Positions 36,418 to 45,622 of a stretch of 64,000 bases of DNA are shown piece by piece. Position numbers and translations under genes: made by a program. Each line of letters starts with the position of its first letter. The first letter of the stretch is position 1. The notes beneath the pieces are model-generated. The model was not told where the DNA came from. It did no database searches and saw only the letters and a list, made by a program, of their open reading frames with translations. Where the stretch lies: contig DATAWZ010000074.1 in NCBI GenBank assembly GCA_036266975.1, forward strand, positions 14,986 through 78,985, written 5' to 3'. Source of the DNA: Solirubrobacteraceae bacterium. GTDB taxonomy: Bacteria > Actinomycetota > Thermoleophilia > Solirubrobacterales > Solirubrobacteraceae.

Positions 36418-36822
36418 GTGACCAGCCAAATCAAACCGAACGGAGCCACCGTGAGCCGCGAACCGAAGATCCCGAGCGCCGAGCATCCAATCACCATCGA
36501 GCCGCATGACGGGCGTGTGGTCGTGCGACACGGCGGCACGATTCTCGCCGACACCCGCGCTGCGCTGACGTTGCGCGAAGCCGACTATCCCGCCGTCCAG
36601 TACATCCCGCGGGCGGACGTCAACCAGTCGCTGCTCATCGAGAGCGACACGGCGACCTACTGCCCCTATAAGGGCGACGCGTCCTACGCCTCGCTGCAAC
36701 TGCCCGATGCCGTGGTGGCCGACGTCCTGTGGTTCTACGGTCAGCCCTATCCCGCGGTCGCACAAATCCGGGATCACGTCGCCTTCTATACGGACCGGGT
36801 CGAGGTCGTGGCCGACGCCTGA
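36418..36822 (+). CDS. DUF427 domain protein
   Basis: HPITIEPHDGRVVVRHGGTILADTRAALTLREADYPAVQYIPRADV...TYCPYKGDASY...DVLWFY. The start is uncertain (GTG 36418 or 36451). Confidence 0.7.
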   Translation: MTSQIKPNGATVSREPKIPSAEHPITIEPHDGRVVVRHGGTILADTRAALTLREADYPAVQYIPRADVNQSLLIESDTATYCPYKGDASYASLQLPDAVVADVLWFYGQPYPAVAQIRDHVAFYTDRVEVVADA

Positions 36823-36835
36823 CCCGGGATCTCCG

Positions 36836-37435
36836 ATGAAGACCGAGTCCCAAGAAACGGGAGAGGCAGGCACCCCGCGGCGTTCGGCCCGCGAGCGGCT
36901 GCTCGAGGCAGCGAGCGAGCTGTTCTACGCGGAGGGCGTCCAGAGCGTGGGGATCGACCGAGTAATCGAACGTGCGGGCGTCGCCAAGGCGTCGCTGTAC
37001 AGCACGTTTGGGAGCAAGGAGGAGCTCGTCCGCGCGTACCTTGAAGCCCGCCACGCCGAGGTGCTCGCGCGGCTCCGCGAGGCCGTCGCCCAGGTCGAAG
37101 CTCCCGCGGAGAAGGTGCTGGCCGTGTTCGATGCTCAGGCGGACATCTTCGGCACGCCCGGCTTCCATGGCTGCGCGTTCGTGGCCGCCGCCGCCGAGGC
37201 CCCGGCCGGCGGGCGCGTCGATCAGGCGACCTGCGAGTACCGTCGCGACATGCGCGCCCTGTTCACCGAACTGGCACGCGAGGCCGGGGCAGGCGACCCC
37301 GCGCTGCTGGCCAGCCAGCTGCAACTGGTCTACGACGGCGGCGGACTCGCGGCCAACCTGGATGACGATCCCGGGATCGCCCGCGCATCCCGCGCTGCCG
37401 CGTCGGTCCTGCTCGCCGCAGCGCTGCGGGCCTAG
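36836..37435 (+). CDS. TetR/AcrR-family transcriptional regulator
   Basis: ARERLLEAASELFYAEGVQSVGIDRVIERAGVAKASLYSTFGSKEELV. Confidence 0.85.
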   Translation: MKTESQETGEAGTPRRSARERLLEAASELFYAEGVQSVGIDRVIERAGVAKASLYSTFGSKEELVRAYLEARHAEVLARLREAVAQVEAPAEKVLAVFDAQADIFGTPGFHGCAFVAAAAEAPAGGRVDQATCEYRRDMRALFTELAREAGAGDPALLASQLQLVYDGGGLAANLDDDPGIARASRAAASVLLAAALRA

Positions 37436-37737
37436 CAGCGGGGCGGCGAGGCCATCGCGGCGTCGGATTGCCAGGATCGTTGTTCCAGGCTCGGGAGGGA
37501 TGGTCACGAACGAGGCGGGCATCGAGAGAACACCGGCGGGAGCGCTGCCGTCGGAGGAGGGCTGGGCCGTGTCCGCTCCGCGGCCGTTTGGATAGCCCCG
37601 TTTCGGTGCGGGCGCGCCCCCGTCTTTGGAGACCCAGATCGAGGACGCGGGCACTCCGCCCCGCGAGTGGTCGCTCGATGTCCCAAACTCGCCAGTCGGC
37701 CGCCGAACCACGGCGAGCAGAGCCCTACGGTGCGGCC

Positions 37738-38172
37738 ATGAGGAAGCTCTCACTCCTGCTGGCGCCCGGCGCGCTCCTGCTGGCGGGCTGCGGCGGCAGC
37801 TCCCATCCGACGTTCGCCGCGCCGCCGCTCCCCGCCAACGCGCCCCGCGCCACGCCGACGGCGAGAACCTCGGTGGCGCCCGCGCTCTCAGGCGCGGCCG
37901 CCTCCGACTACCCCGCGCAGATGCGCCGCACCTTCACGGCGGCGTGCAAGAAGGCGGCGAGCGCGTCTGGCGGCACGGTGCTCGCGACTCGCTACTGCGC
38001 GGCGACCCTCACCTGCATCGAGCAGCACCTGTCCTATCAGGAGTACGCGACGACCGAGCAGGACATCGTCGCGGGGCGAAAGTCGCCGGACATGACCGAG
38101 CTCGAGAGCTGCGCGGCGAGCACGCGCAGCCAAGTGGGGCGACGCGCCAGCGCACCGTCCGGAAGCGCGTGA
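37738..38172 (+). CDS. Lipoprotein (hypothetical)
   Basis: MRKLSLLLAPGALLLAGCGG gives a signal peptide plus lipobox. Four Cys residues in the mature part. Confidence 0.65.
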   Translation: MRKLSLLLAPGALLLAGCGGSSHPTFAAPPLPANAPRATPTARTSVAPALSGAAASDYPAQMRRTFTAACKKAASASGGTVLATRYCAATLTCIEQHLSYQEYATTEQDIVAGRKSPDMTELESCAASTRSQVGRRASAPSGSA

Positions 38173-38508
38173 GCGGATCCTCGGCTTCGGGACCTGACGG
38201 CTCACGCAGACCCCGACGCCTGCCCGGCCAATCGAGCGCATCGAGCTGACGAGCCGGCTCGCTTATGGCTCCCGCTTCAGCTCTCGCCGAGGAACTCCGC
38301 CTTCGCGGTGGCGAACGACCTTTTGCGTGATTCGACGGGGCTACCTGCACACGCAGCGGGCCGGAGAACCGCGGTCCGACGGAGTCGTGCGCACGAAACG
38401 GAATAAGGTGTCCCGTCACGGGCGCTCATCTTCGCCCAGCGGAACGCTGCGCTTCGACAGGGCGGAGAGCACCGGTGCGCCCGGCACCCAGAGCAGGAGG
38501 ATGGCGAC

Positions 38509-38955
38509 TTGAGCGCATTGCAGCGGGAGGCGACGATCCGATGGCTGGCCAATCCTCCGGCCGGCTTGCCTCGGCTGATGGTCGGCAGCCACAGCTTCAC
38601 GTCGCTTCCGCTCAACACGGACCCTGAGGCCGCGCACCCGCTCGCCACCTCGCCGGGCGAGCTGTTCGCCGGCGCGATCGGCAGCATCTTCGTCTGGTTC
38701 GTCGCGAACGATCTAGTCCGCGAGGGCACCCAGGCGCACGAGTTGATCGTCAATGTCTCGATCGCGATGGCCGATGAGGCGGACGATGGCAGCGAGCTCG
38801 CGCTGAGCGCGATCACTTGCCAACTGGTCGGGCGCATACCGGGCCTCGATCGGGCGCGCGCCGAGACGATCGCCCGGGCGGCGTTGTCCCGCTGTCTGGA
38901 AACGCTGGCGATACGTACGGAGAGCATCGTGAGCAGCGTCGAGATTCTGCCCTAG
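38509..38955 (+). CDS. OsmC/Ohr-family protein
   Basis: TTG start with GGAGGA 7 nt upstream. TSPGELFAGAIGSIFVWFVAN and C-terminal AALSRCLETL resemble OsmC. Confidence 0.65.
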   Translation: MSALQREATIRWLANPPAGLPRLMVGSHSFTSLPLNTDPEAAHPLATSPGELFAGAIGSIFVWFVANDLVREGTQAHELIVNVSIAMADEADDGSELALSAITCQLVGRIPGLDRARAETIARAALSRCLETLAIRTESIVSSVEILP

Positions 38956-39083
38956 GTCCGGGCGTTCGATGCCCGGGCCACCCGAGGGCAACGCGGGGTG
39001 GTCGTGCGGTCCGCGCTTATCGCCAACGCGTCGCGCGGGCGGTCCCTCAGGCCGCCGTCCCCACAGATCATGGAGGCGAAACC

Positions 39084-39491
39084 GTGACCAACGCAATTGA
39101 TGGTGAAGCCGCCATCCGGGCTCGGCTCCTGGAGCACTGGGAGGCCTCCGAGCGCGGAGGCGTCGACGCCGAGCACGCCATCTACGCTGCCGAGGCGATT
39201 TTGGACTACCCGCAGTCTGGCGAACGCTTCACAAGGCGAGCAAGGATCCAAGCGCAACGCGCCGGGCATCCGGCCGAGCGCCACTTCACTGTCCGCCGGA
39301 TCCTGGGCGCCGGTGGCCTCTGGGTGAGTGAGTGCGTGATTACCTATGACGGCGTGCCGACATACTCGGTCAGTGTCATGGAGATCACCAACGGTCTGGT
39401 GACGCACGAGACTCAGTACTTCGCCGACTCCTTCCCCGCGGCTCCCGGGCGTGCTGCGCTCGCTGAGCCGATTCCGGCCGGCGACCAATAG
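39084..39491 (+). CDS. SnoaL/NTF2-like fold protein
   Basis: GTG preceded by GGAGG. 135 aa: ...LDYPQSGERF...VSECVITYDGVPTYSVSVMEITNGLVTHETQYF. Confidence 0.65.
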   Translation: MTNAIDGEAAIRARLLEHWEASERGGVDAEHAIYAAEAILDYPQSGERFTRRARIQAQRAGHPAERHFTVRRILGAGGLWVSECVITYDGVPTYSVSVMEITNGLVTHETQYFADSFPAAPGRAALAEPIPAGDQ

Positions 39492-39635
39492 GTCGTGCAG
39501 CTGTCGGGTCGCTGGACGACGTCGACCCGCGTGTCCGCGTCGCATGCTCCGGCGGTCCAAGCAGCCGTGTGAGACCGCGGAGGGAGTAGCGTCGTTCTCC
39601 GCGACCTCGCCGACCACCATGCCGGAGGGCAGCCG

Positions 39636-41093
39636 ATGAACACTTTCGCCGAACGCATCGCCGAGCACGCGGCGGCTGACCCCGACGCGCCGGCCGTGAC
39701 CTGCGCGGGCGCGTCGCTGACCTACGCGGAGCTGGCGGACGGCGCCGGCCGCGTCGCGGCGCACCTCCTTGCTGCCGGCGCGCGCCCAGGCACGACCGTG
39801 GTGATCCTGCTACCCAACGGGCCCGACTTCGTGCGCGCGCTCCTCGCAGCGTGGTGGATCGGGGCGACGCCGACGCCGGTGTCGCCGAAGCTGCCGCTAC
39901 ACGAGCGCACGGCGCTCGTCGGGCTGGCCGAGGCCTCGGCCGTCGTCGCCGAGGACGTCGGCGACCTCGCCGGCGCGTATGAGGTGCTCACGGTTGCCCA
40001 GTTGGCCAAGCCCGTGGACGCGGTCGCACCGTCGTCGACGCCATCGCCGCAGTGGAAGGCGATCGGCAGCGGCGGTAGCACCGGCCGGCCGAAGCTCATC
40101 GTCGCGGAGCAGCACGCTGTCGCCGAGGACGTCATGGGGCTCGGCGTGCTGCTGCGCGTCCCCGAGCGGCGGACGATGGTGGTGCCCGGGCCGCTGTCGC
40201 ACAACGCGCCGTTTGCCGCCTTGTCGGTCGGGCTGCTGCGCGGCAACCACGTCGTGCTGATGGCGCGCTTCGATGCCGCCGAGTGCCTGCGCCTGGTCGC
40301 CGTGCACCGCGCCGAGTGGCTCTACCAGGTTCCGACGATGATGCTGCGCATCTGGCGGCTGCCTGCGCAGGAGCGCCCCGCCCATGACCTGTCCAGTCTG
40401 AAGGTCGTCTTCCACATGGCCGCGCCGTGCCCGCGCTGGCTGAAGCAGGAGTGGTGCGACTGGCTGGGCCCGGAGACGATCCTCGAGCTCTACGGCGGCA
40501 CCGAGCTCCAGGCGATGACGATCGTTGGCGGCCGCGACTGGCTCGCACACCCGGGCAGCGTGGGGCCGGTGGTCCTGGGCGAGATGCAGGTTCGCGACCA
40601 GGACGGCAACGTGCTGCCGCCCGGCGAGACCGGCGAGATCTGGATGCGCCGCGGCGCGCAGGAGCCGAGTCCGTATCACTACCGTGGCGCCCAGGCGCGC
40701 CGAGCGCGGGACAGCTGGGAGTCGCTCGGCGACATGGGTCACTTCGACGGGGACGGTTTCCTGTACCTCGCCGACCGCGCGAGCGACATGATCCTCGTCG
40801 GAGGCTCCAACGTGTATCCGGCCGAGGTCGAGGCTGCCCTCGACGCCCACGGCGCCGTGCGCTCCTCGTGCGTCATCGGGCTGCCCGACGAGGACCTCGG
40901 CAACGTGCCGCATGCGATCGTCGAGCTCGCCGAGGAGGTGAGCGACGAGGAGCTGCTCGCCTGGGTGCGCGAGCGCGTCGCGGGCTACAAGGCCCCGCGG
41001 TCGGTCGAGCGCGTCGACCATCCGTTGCGTGACGACGCCGGCAAGGTGCGCCGCAGTCAGCTGCGCGCCGAGCGGGTGCGCGACGGCGGCTGA
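39636..41093 (+). CDS. AMP-dependent synthetase/ligase (acyl-CoA ligase family)
   Basis: GSGGSTGRPKLIV, ELYGGTE, GDMGHFDGDGFLYLADRASDMILVGGSNVYPAEVE, AGKVRR. Confidence 0.85.
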   Translation: MNTFAERIAEHAAADPDAPAVTCAGASLTYAELADGAGRVAAHLLAAGARPGTTVVILLPNGPDFVRALLAAWWIGATPTPVSPKLPLHERTALVGLAEASAVVAEDVGDLAGAYEVLTVAQLAKPVDAVAPSSTPSPQWKAIGSGGSTGRPKLIVAEQHAVAEDVMGLGVLLRVPERRTMVVPGPLSHNAPFAALSVGLLRGNHVVLMARFDAAECLRLVAVHRAEWLYQVPTMMLRIWRLPAQERPAHDLSSLKVVFHMAAPCPRWLKQEWCDWLGPETILELYGGTELQAMTIVGGRDWLAHPGSVGPVVLGEMQVRDQDGNVLPPGETGEIWMRRGAQEPSPYHYRGAQARRARDSWESLGDMGHFDGDGFLYLADRASDMILVGGSNVYPAEVEAALDAHGAVRSSCVIGLPDEDLGNVPHAIVELAEEVSDEELLAWVRERVAGYKAPRSVERVDHPLRDDAGKVRRSQLRAERVRDGG

Positions 41094-41124
41094 TGGACCC
41101 GCTTGACTGAGCGGGGCTTCCTGA

Positions 41125-41157
41125 AAGCCCAATCGGGAGGACTCGAATTCTGACCCC
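41125..41157 (-). other. Relic copy of the 3' end of tRNA-Thr (candidate att repeat)
   Basis: The minus strand reads GGGGTCAGAATTCGAGTCCTCCCGATTGGGCTT. The tRNA-Thr 3' end reads GGGGTCCGGGGTTCGAGTCCCCGACTGGGCTT. GGGGTC, TTCGAGTCC and TGGGCTT are shared; the T-stem is disrupted. Same orientation as the tRNA. Confidence 0.45.
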
Positions 41158-41189
41158 ATAGTCCGCACGCGTCGCCGCTGGCGGCCCCG

Positions 41190-41724
41190 TTATGCGCCCG
41201 TGAACCGATGCTCCGTCTGCCGGGCGTCCCTCGAGTCGGCGTGGGCGGTCCAGAAGAGCTCGGCGATGTTGTCCGGATCGAAGTCCGTCCCGGCTTGACC
41301 GCGCCGGCGATCGTGACGGTCGCGGCGTGGGTGCCGTCCTCTCGGACGCCATCGGCAATCAGCGTCTGCGCCGAGCGCAGGGCGGCCTTCCCCATCGAGA
41401 GGCTCGCCAGCGAGGGCACTGGATGGTCGGCGAAGCCGCCGCTGGTGACCAGTAGGGTGCCGCCGCCAGTGCCCGTAGGACGGGCGCGGCTACCTGTGCC
41501 GCCACGACGGCGCCGAGGACATCGACATCATGTGCGGTTCGGAGCCGCTCGACAGTGGTGTCGAGGATCTGGCCTGGATCTGGCAAGGCGTCGTTGTACA
41601 CGACGACACCGGGCGCCCCGCTCTGGAGGCGTGTGACGGCGATGGCCGCCGCCGTGTCGGGTATCGGGGCCGATCCGGCGACTGGTCGCAGTACCCTCGT
41701 GCTGTGGCCTTGGGCCGCTCGCAA
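41190..41724 (-). pseudogene. 5'-truncated, doubly frameshifted short-chain dehydrogenase
   Basis: SDR-like sequence runs across frames: ...GAPGVVVYNDA...VLGAVVAAQVAAPVLRA, then GTGGGTLLVTSGGFADHPVPSLASLSMGKAALRS...TVTIAGAVKPG, then TDFDPDNIAELFW...*. No Rossmann N-terminus remains. Confidence 0.6.
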
Positions 41725-42156
41725 TGGGTCGAGAACGTGCTTGCACTCGCCGAGCGCGAGGCGCGCGCGTTCGATGCCGGATGCGTGGGATCAGAGCACG
41801 TGGTGCTTGGCCTGCTCGGCGAGCAGCATGGGCCTGCCGCCCGGGTGCTCGTGAGCCTTGGCCTGAGCGTGGCGCGCGTTCGTGCGCAACTGCAGGCTCT
41901 GAGCCCCGCTGCGACAGCAGCACCTCCGAGCGCGGCGGTGGCGATCCCGCTCACGCCGCGGGCAAGGCTCATCGTCCTCGATCGCGCGGAGGCTGAAGCC
42001 CAGAGCCTTGGCCACGACCTGATCGACACCGAGCACATCCTGCTTGGCCTTGCTCGGGAGAACGAGGGGCTCGGTATGGCGATCCTTCGCGGTTTCGGTG
42101 CCGACGCAGCAACAATCATCGCCCAAGCTACGCGAATGCTGCCGCCCGCGAACTGA
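41704..42156 (+). CDS. Clp N-terminal (Clp_N repeat) domain protein
   Basis: Two Clp_N repeats: VLALAEREARAFDAGCVGSEHVVLGLL and LDRAEAEAQSLGHDLIDTEHILLGLARE. The start is uncertain (GTG 41704 or 41728). Confidence 0.65.
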   Translation: MALGRSQWVENVLALAEREARAFDAGCVGSEHVVLGLLGEQHGPAARVLVSLGLSVARVRAQLQALSPAATAAPPSAAVAIPLTPRARLIVLDRAEAEAQSLGHDLIDTEHILLGLARENEGLGMAILRGFGADAATIIAQATRMLPPAN

Positions 42157-42342
42157 CCGGCCCGACACCTACGACACCGCCATCAGGTCCAGGCGGGTCC
42201 GCACAAATCTCGCTCTGCGCTGCTGCTGCTCGCGCAGACCAACACGGTGGTTCGATGGTCCCAGCCGTGGTAGCAGTTCTGCTACGTTGGTCGTACGACA
42301 GTCACGATTCCCCAGAAAGAACTCCGCAACAACGTCGCGGAC

Positions 42343-42540
42343 GTGCTACGTCGCGCGGAGGCCGGCGAGCAGTTCACGATTACCGTCGCGGGCAGGCCGG
42401 TGGCTGAGCTTGGACCCACCGCGAGGCATCGTTGGGTCAGCGGCCCTGCCCTTGAGCGCGTCTTCGCGACCCCAGCACCGGAAACACTCGCCGAAGGCCT
42501 CGAGCGATTCCCCGCGGCGGTGGCGGATCCATTCACGTGA
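42343..42540 (+). CDS. Phd/YefM-type antitoxin (VapB-like); homology extends upstream of the only canonical start
   Basis: LRRAEAGEQFTITVAGRPVAEL. In-frame upstream codons read VTIPQKELRNNVAD, but there is no ATG/GTG/TTG/CTG back to the stop at 42271. The stop overlaps the VapC start (GTGA). Confidence 0.7.
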   Translation: MLRRAEAGEQFTITVAGRPVAELGPTARHRWVSGPALERVFATPAPETLAEGLERFPAAVADPFT

Positions 42541-42920
42541 GCCGCGTCCTGCTTGACACCTCGATACTGATCGGGGCCGCGGTCCCCGGGAGGCTCGAGA
42601 GTGCGATGAGTGTCGCCTCGCTGGCCGAGTTGCACTTTGGTGCGCTCGTTGCGGTCGATACCGATGAGCGCGCACGGCGAGCACAGCGGCTCGGCGTGAT
42701 CGAGGCGACGTTCGACCCGCTGCCAGTCGACGCCGCCGTGGCCCGCGAGTGGGGTCGCCTGGCCGCCGCGGTGGTCGAGCGTGGCGGACAGCCGCGGCGC
42801 CGAGCGATGGACCTTGTGATCGCAGCCACCGCGAACGTCCACAGCGTCCCACTATTGACCGCCAACACCACCGACTTCGCGATCATCGACGACCTCGTCC
42901 AAGTGCAAGGACTCACCTAA
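42537..42920 (+). CDS. vapC: PIN-domain toxin
   Basis: VLLDTSILIG...LAELHFG...DLVIAATANVHSVPLLTANTTDF. Confidence 0.85.
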   Translation: MSRVLLDTSILIGAAVPGRLESAMSVASLAELHFGALVAVDTDERARRAQRLGVIEATFDPLPVDAAVAREWGRLAAAVVERGGQPRRRAMDLVIAATANVHSVPLLTANTTDFAIIDDLVQVQGLT

Positions 42921-43009
42921 CGCGGCCACGCTGACGGTGGCGGCGGTGTGCGACTCGCGCGTTGCGGCACTCTGCTCGTGGTGCAGTGGGCCTGTAGAAG
43001 GCGGGGTCG

Positions 43010-43039
43010 GAGATCACGACCGCTGTCGGTCGTGATCTC
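43010..43039. terminator. Perfect 12-bp-stem hairpin downstream of vapC
   Basis: gagatcacgacc gctgtc ggtcgtgatctc, 90 nt after the vapC stop. No U-tract. Confidence 0.3.
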
Positions 43040-43110
43040 GGGGATGTTCGGTCAGCCGAAGGGCTTGAGTCCGTAGCGGGCAGCAGGACCCGGGTCGGAG
43101 AGGCTGGCTA

Positions 43111-43137
43111 GTGGGTCGGCCATGAACGTTTGACCGG
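43111..43137 (+). repeat. IS630 left terminal inverted repeat
   Basis: gtgggtcggccatgaacgtttgaccgg. Confidence 0.8.
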
Positions 43138-43176
43138 AAACCGGGTCCGGGCGGCGAACTGGGATGCATCACGATC

Positions 43177-44258
43177 ATGGAGGTGGCGATGCGTCCCCCG
43201 GAGGTGTTCGTTCGGGAGCTCTCGTTTGAGGAGGGTGCGCGGCTGAAGCACGTCTCCAGGAAGGCGAAGTACCAGTCCGAGCGCCAGCGAGCGATCCTCT
43301 TGCTGGCGTCCTCGACGGGGATGTCGGCGCCGCAGATCGCGGCGATGGCCAGGAGTGATGAGTCGCATGTGCGCAAGGTCATTCACGCGTTCAACGAGCG
43401 GGGGTTCGCGTCGTTGGACCCTGACTATCGGGGCGGGCGTCCCAAGAAGACCGCGCCCGAGCAGCGCGATCGGATCATCGCGATCGCGCGCGCCCGCCCG
43501 GACACCCAGGGTGTGGCGCTCACGCGCTGGTCGCTGGCCAAGCTCAGTGAGCATCTGGCCGGGATGGGGATCGTGCTGTGCGAGGAGGCGCTGCGGCTGA
43601 CGCTGCGGGCGGCGGGCCTGTCCCATCAGCGCACGCGCTCGTGGAAGTGGAGCCCGGACCCGGACTTCGCTGCGAAGGCCGAGCGGGTGCTGGGCCTGTA
43701 CCGCTGCTGTCCGCATGATGGCGTGGTGGTCTGCTTTGACGAGATGGGACCGATCCAGCTGATCCCCCACCACGGCTCAGGCTGGGCGCCGATGAAGCGG
43801 TGCGAGCGGCTGCGCGCGACGTACTCCAAGAAGAACGGAGTGCGCTACCTGTTCGGTGCCTACGACGTTCACGCCGACCGGTTGCACGGCCGGCCCAGAG
43901 CCCACAAGAACGCACCCAGGAGGTCCTCGCGTTCTACCGGCAGACTCGGATGCGCCACGACCCCGCGCTGCGGATCTACCTGGTCGCCGACAACCTCTCC
44001 ACCCACAAGACCCTGGCGATCCGCCAATGGGCCGAGCAGAGCAACGTCGAGCTCGTCTTCACCCCGACCTACGCCAGCTTCCTGAACCGCATCGAATGCC
44101 ACTTCTGGGGCATCGGCGAGTTCGTGATCAACAACGCCGACTACCCCGACTGGCCCACCCTGGCCAAGGCAATGGCCGACCACATCCGCTACCGCAACGG
44201 CCGACACCGCGACCAACGCCTCATCGCCGCCGAACGCAAACTCCTCATCGCCGCCTGA
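43177..44258 (+). pseudogene. IS630-family transposase split across two frames near 43912
   Basis: Frame 1 carries the HTH region and runs to ...YDVHADRLHGRPRAHKNA. The -1 frame continues QEVLAFYRQTRMRHDPALRIYLVADNLSTHKT...TPTYASFLNRIECHFW. No slippery heptamer was seen. Confidence 0.8.
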
Positions 44259-44267
44259 CCGCCATTA

Positions 44268-44294
44268 CCGGTCAAACGATTCTGGCCGACCCAC
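44268..44294 (-). repeat. IS630 right terminal inverted repeat
   Basis: The reverse complement is gtgggtcggccagaatcgtttgaccgg. Confidence 0.8.
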
Positions 44295-44584
44295 TAGGGT
44301 CGGCTTCGGCTTGGGCTCGAACAGCCGCCGCCCACGCGGGCCGGTTCCGGCGGACATGAGGGCCGATCCGTCGCGAACGCCGGAAGGCCCGAGTCCCCGG
44401 GGCGCCCGGACGCCGCGATCCCTCTTGGCGGCCGAGCCAGATCGCGACCGCGAGCAGGACGACGGTCAGCGCTCAGCTTGACCCAGCCCGGGGTTGACGG
44501 CCTCGTCTCAGGTCAGCGAATCGCCTTGACGCGTGGCTGGTGGCGGGAGGAGAATGCCTGGACCGTCAGGAGGAGGAATCCACG

Positions 44585-45622
44585 TTGTCTGTGGAGCACG
44601 ACGCGATTGCGCAACTCATCGATTCTGCCGAACGCATCTGCGTCGAGGCTCACGCCTCGGAGGTGTCCGATACACCTGCGGGAGAGATTGCCGAGATTAG
44701 CCGCACGATTCGCGGGACCCTGCGGGGCCGCGATCTCCCCCCGCAGCAACAGGCGTCGCTCATACGGGTGCTGGCCCGCCTAGCCCGGGCTCGCGCCGTC
44801 CAGCTCCGAGCTGAGCGCCGCGAGCGGGCGCGGGTGTACGTGGCGGTCCACGAGGAGCTCGCGAGGCTGAGCGCGTGCTCGTCCGCCAAGGAATTGCTCG
44901 AGGCGGCGGGCGAGTCAGCGTGCACCTGTTGTGGGGTCGACCGGGTAGCCGTCGGGAAGGTGCGTTCGAATACGTGGGACGTCTGCTCGATCGCGCCGGG
45001 GCCCGGCCTTGAGCGGCCGCCGGTGGCGCTGGCGCTCGGCGAGGCCGCGGAGGAAGCCATCCGACGACAGCGTGCGGCGCTCGCGACCCCGGCCGCCGCG
45101 CCGGCGCGGGATGGCTTCGCGGAGCTCACCGGCAGCGCCCGATATGTGGTCGCTCCGGTGGTCTGCGCTGCACGGGTGGTCGCCGTCGTGCACGCCGACC
45201 GCATCAGTCCGCCGGCGGTTGGTGAGCGTGAGCGCGACCTGCTCGAGGCGTTCGCGGAGGGGCTCGGCCGCCATCTTGATGCGCTTGAGCTGCGGGACGC
45301 CTTGGGCGTCTGGGACCGGCATCTCCTCCGTGTGGCGGTGATCGATGAGCCAGTTGATCTCTGGGCCGTTGACGGGTCGCCCGCGGTGCCGCGGCCGCCG
45401 CTGCACACGCCCACGCGAGCTGCCCGGGTGCTCTCGCCACGAGAGCTCGAGGTCATGGAGCTCGTTGCCGCCGGCCGCCGCAACACGCAGATCGCCGCCG
45501 AGCTCGTCGTGAGCGAGGCCACTGTGAAGACTCATCTCACGACGATCATGCGCAAGCTGCACGTCCACAATCGAGCCGAGGCCGTCTTCCGGTTCCTCAC
45601 GTTAAGCGGAGATCGAACGTGA
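44585..45622 (+). CDS. LuxR-family regulator with GAF-like sensor domain (paralogue 1)
   Basis: TTG start after AGGAGGAGGAA. GAF-like end [20 protein letters not shown]...[12 protein letters not shown] and [46 protein letters not shown]. Confidence 0.8.
   Translation: MSVEHDAIAQLIDSAERICVEAHASEVSDTPAGEIAEISRTIRGTLRGRDLPPQQQASLIRVLARLARARAVQLRAERRERARVYVAVHEELARLSACSSAKELLEAAGESACTCCGVDRVAVGKVRSNTWDVCSIAPGPGLERPPVALALGEAAEEAIRRQRAALATPAAAPARDGFAELTGSARYVVAPVVCAARVVAVVHADRISPPAVGERERDLLEAFAEGLGRHLDALELRDALGVWDRHLLRVAVIDEPVDLWAVDGSPAVPRPPLHTPTRAARVLSPRELEVMELVAAGRRNTQIAAELVVSEATVKTHLTTIMRKLHVHNRAEAVFRFLTLSGDRT

Larger units (their letters stand above)
43111..44294 (+). mobile_element. IS630-family insertion sequence (1184 bp) flanked by a TA duplication
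   Basis: 27-bp terminal inverted repeats (24/27 match), TA on both sides (43109-10 and 44295-96, within CTAG), and a DDE transposase with the ADNLSTHK motif. Confidence 0.85.

Noticed and set aside
43014-43382. 122-aa minus ORF crossing the left end of the IS630.
   Set aside because: It is an artefact created by the insertion junction. Part of it is antisense to the transposase, and no motif is present.
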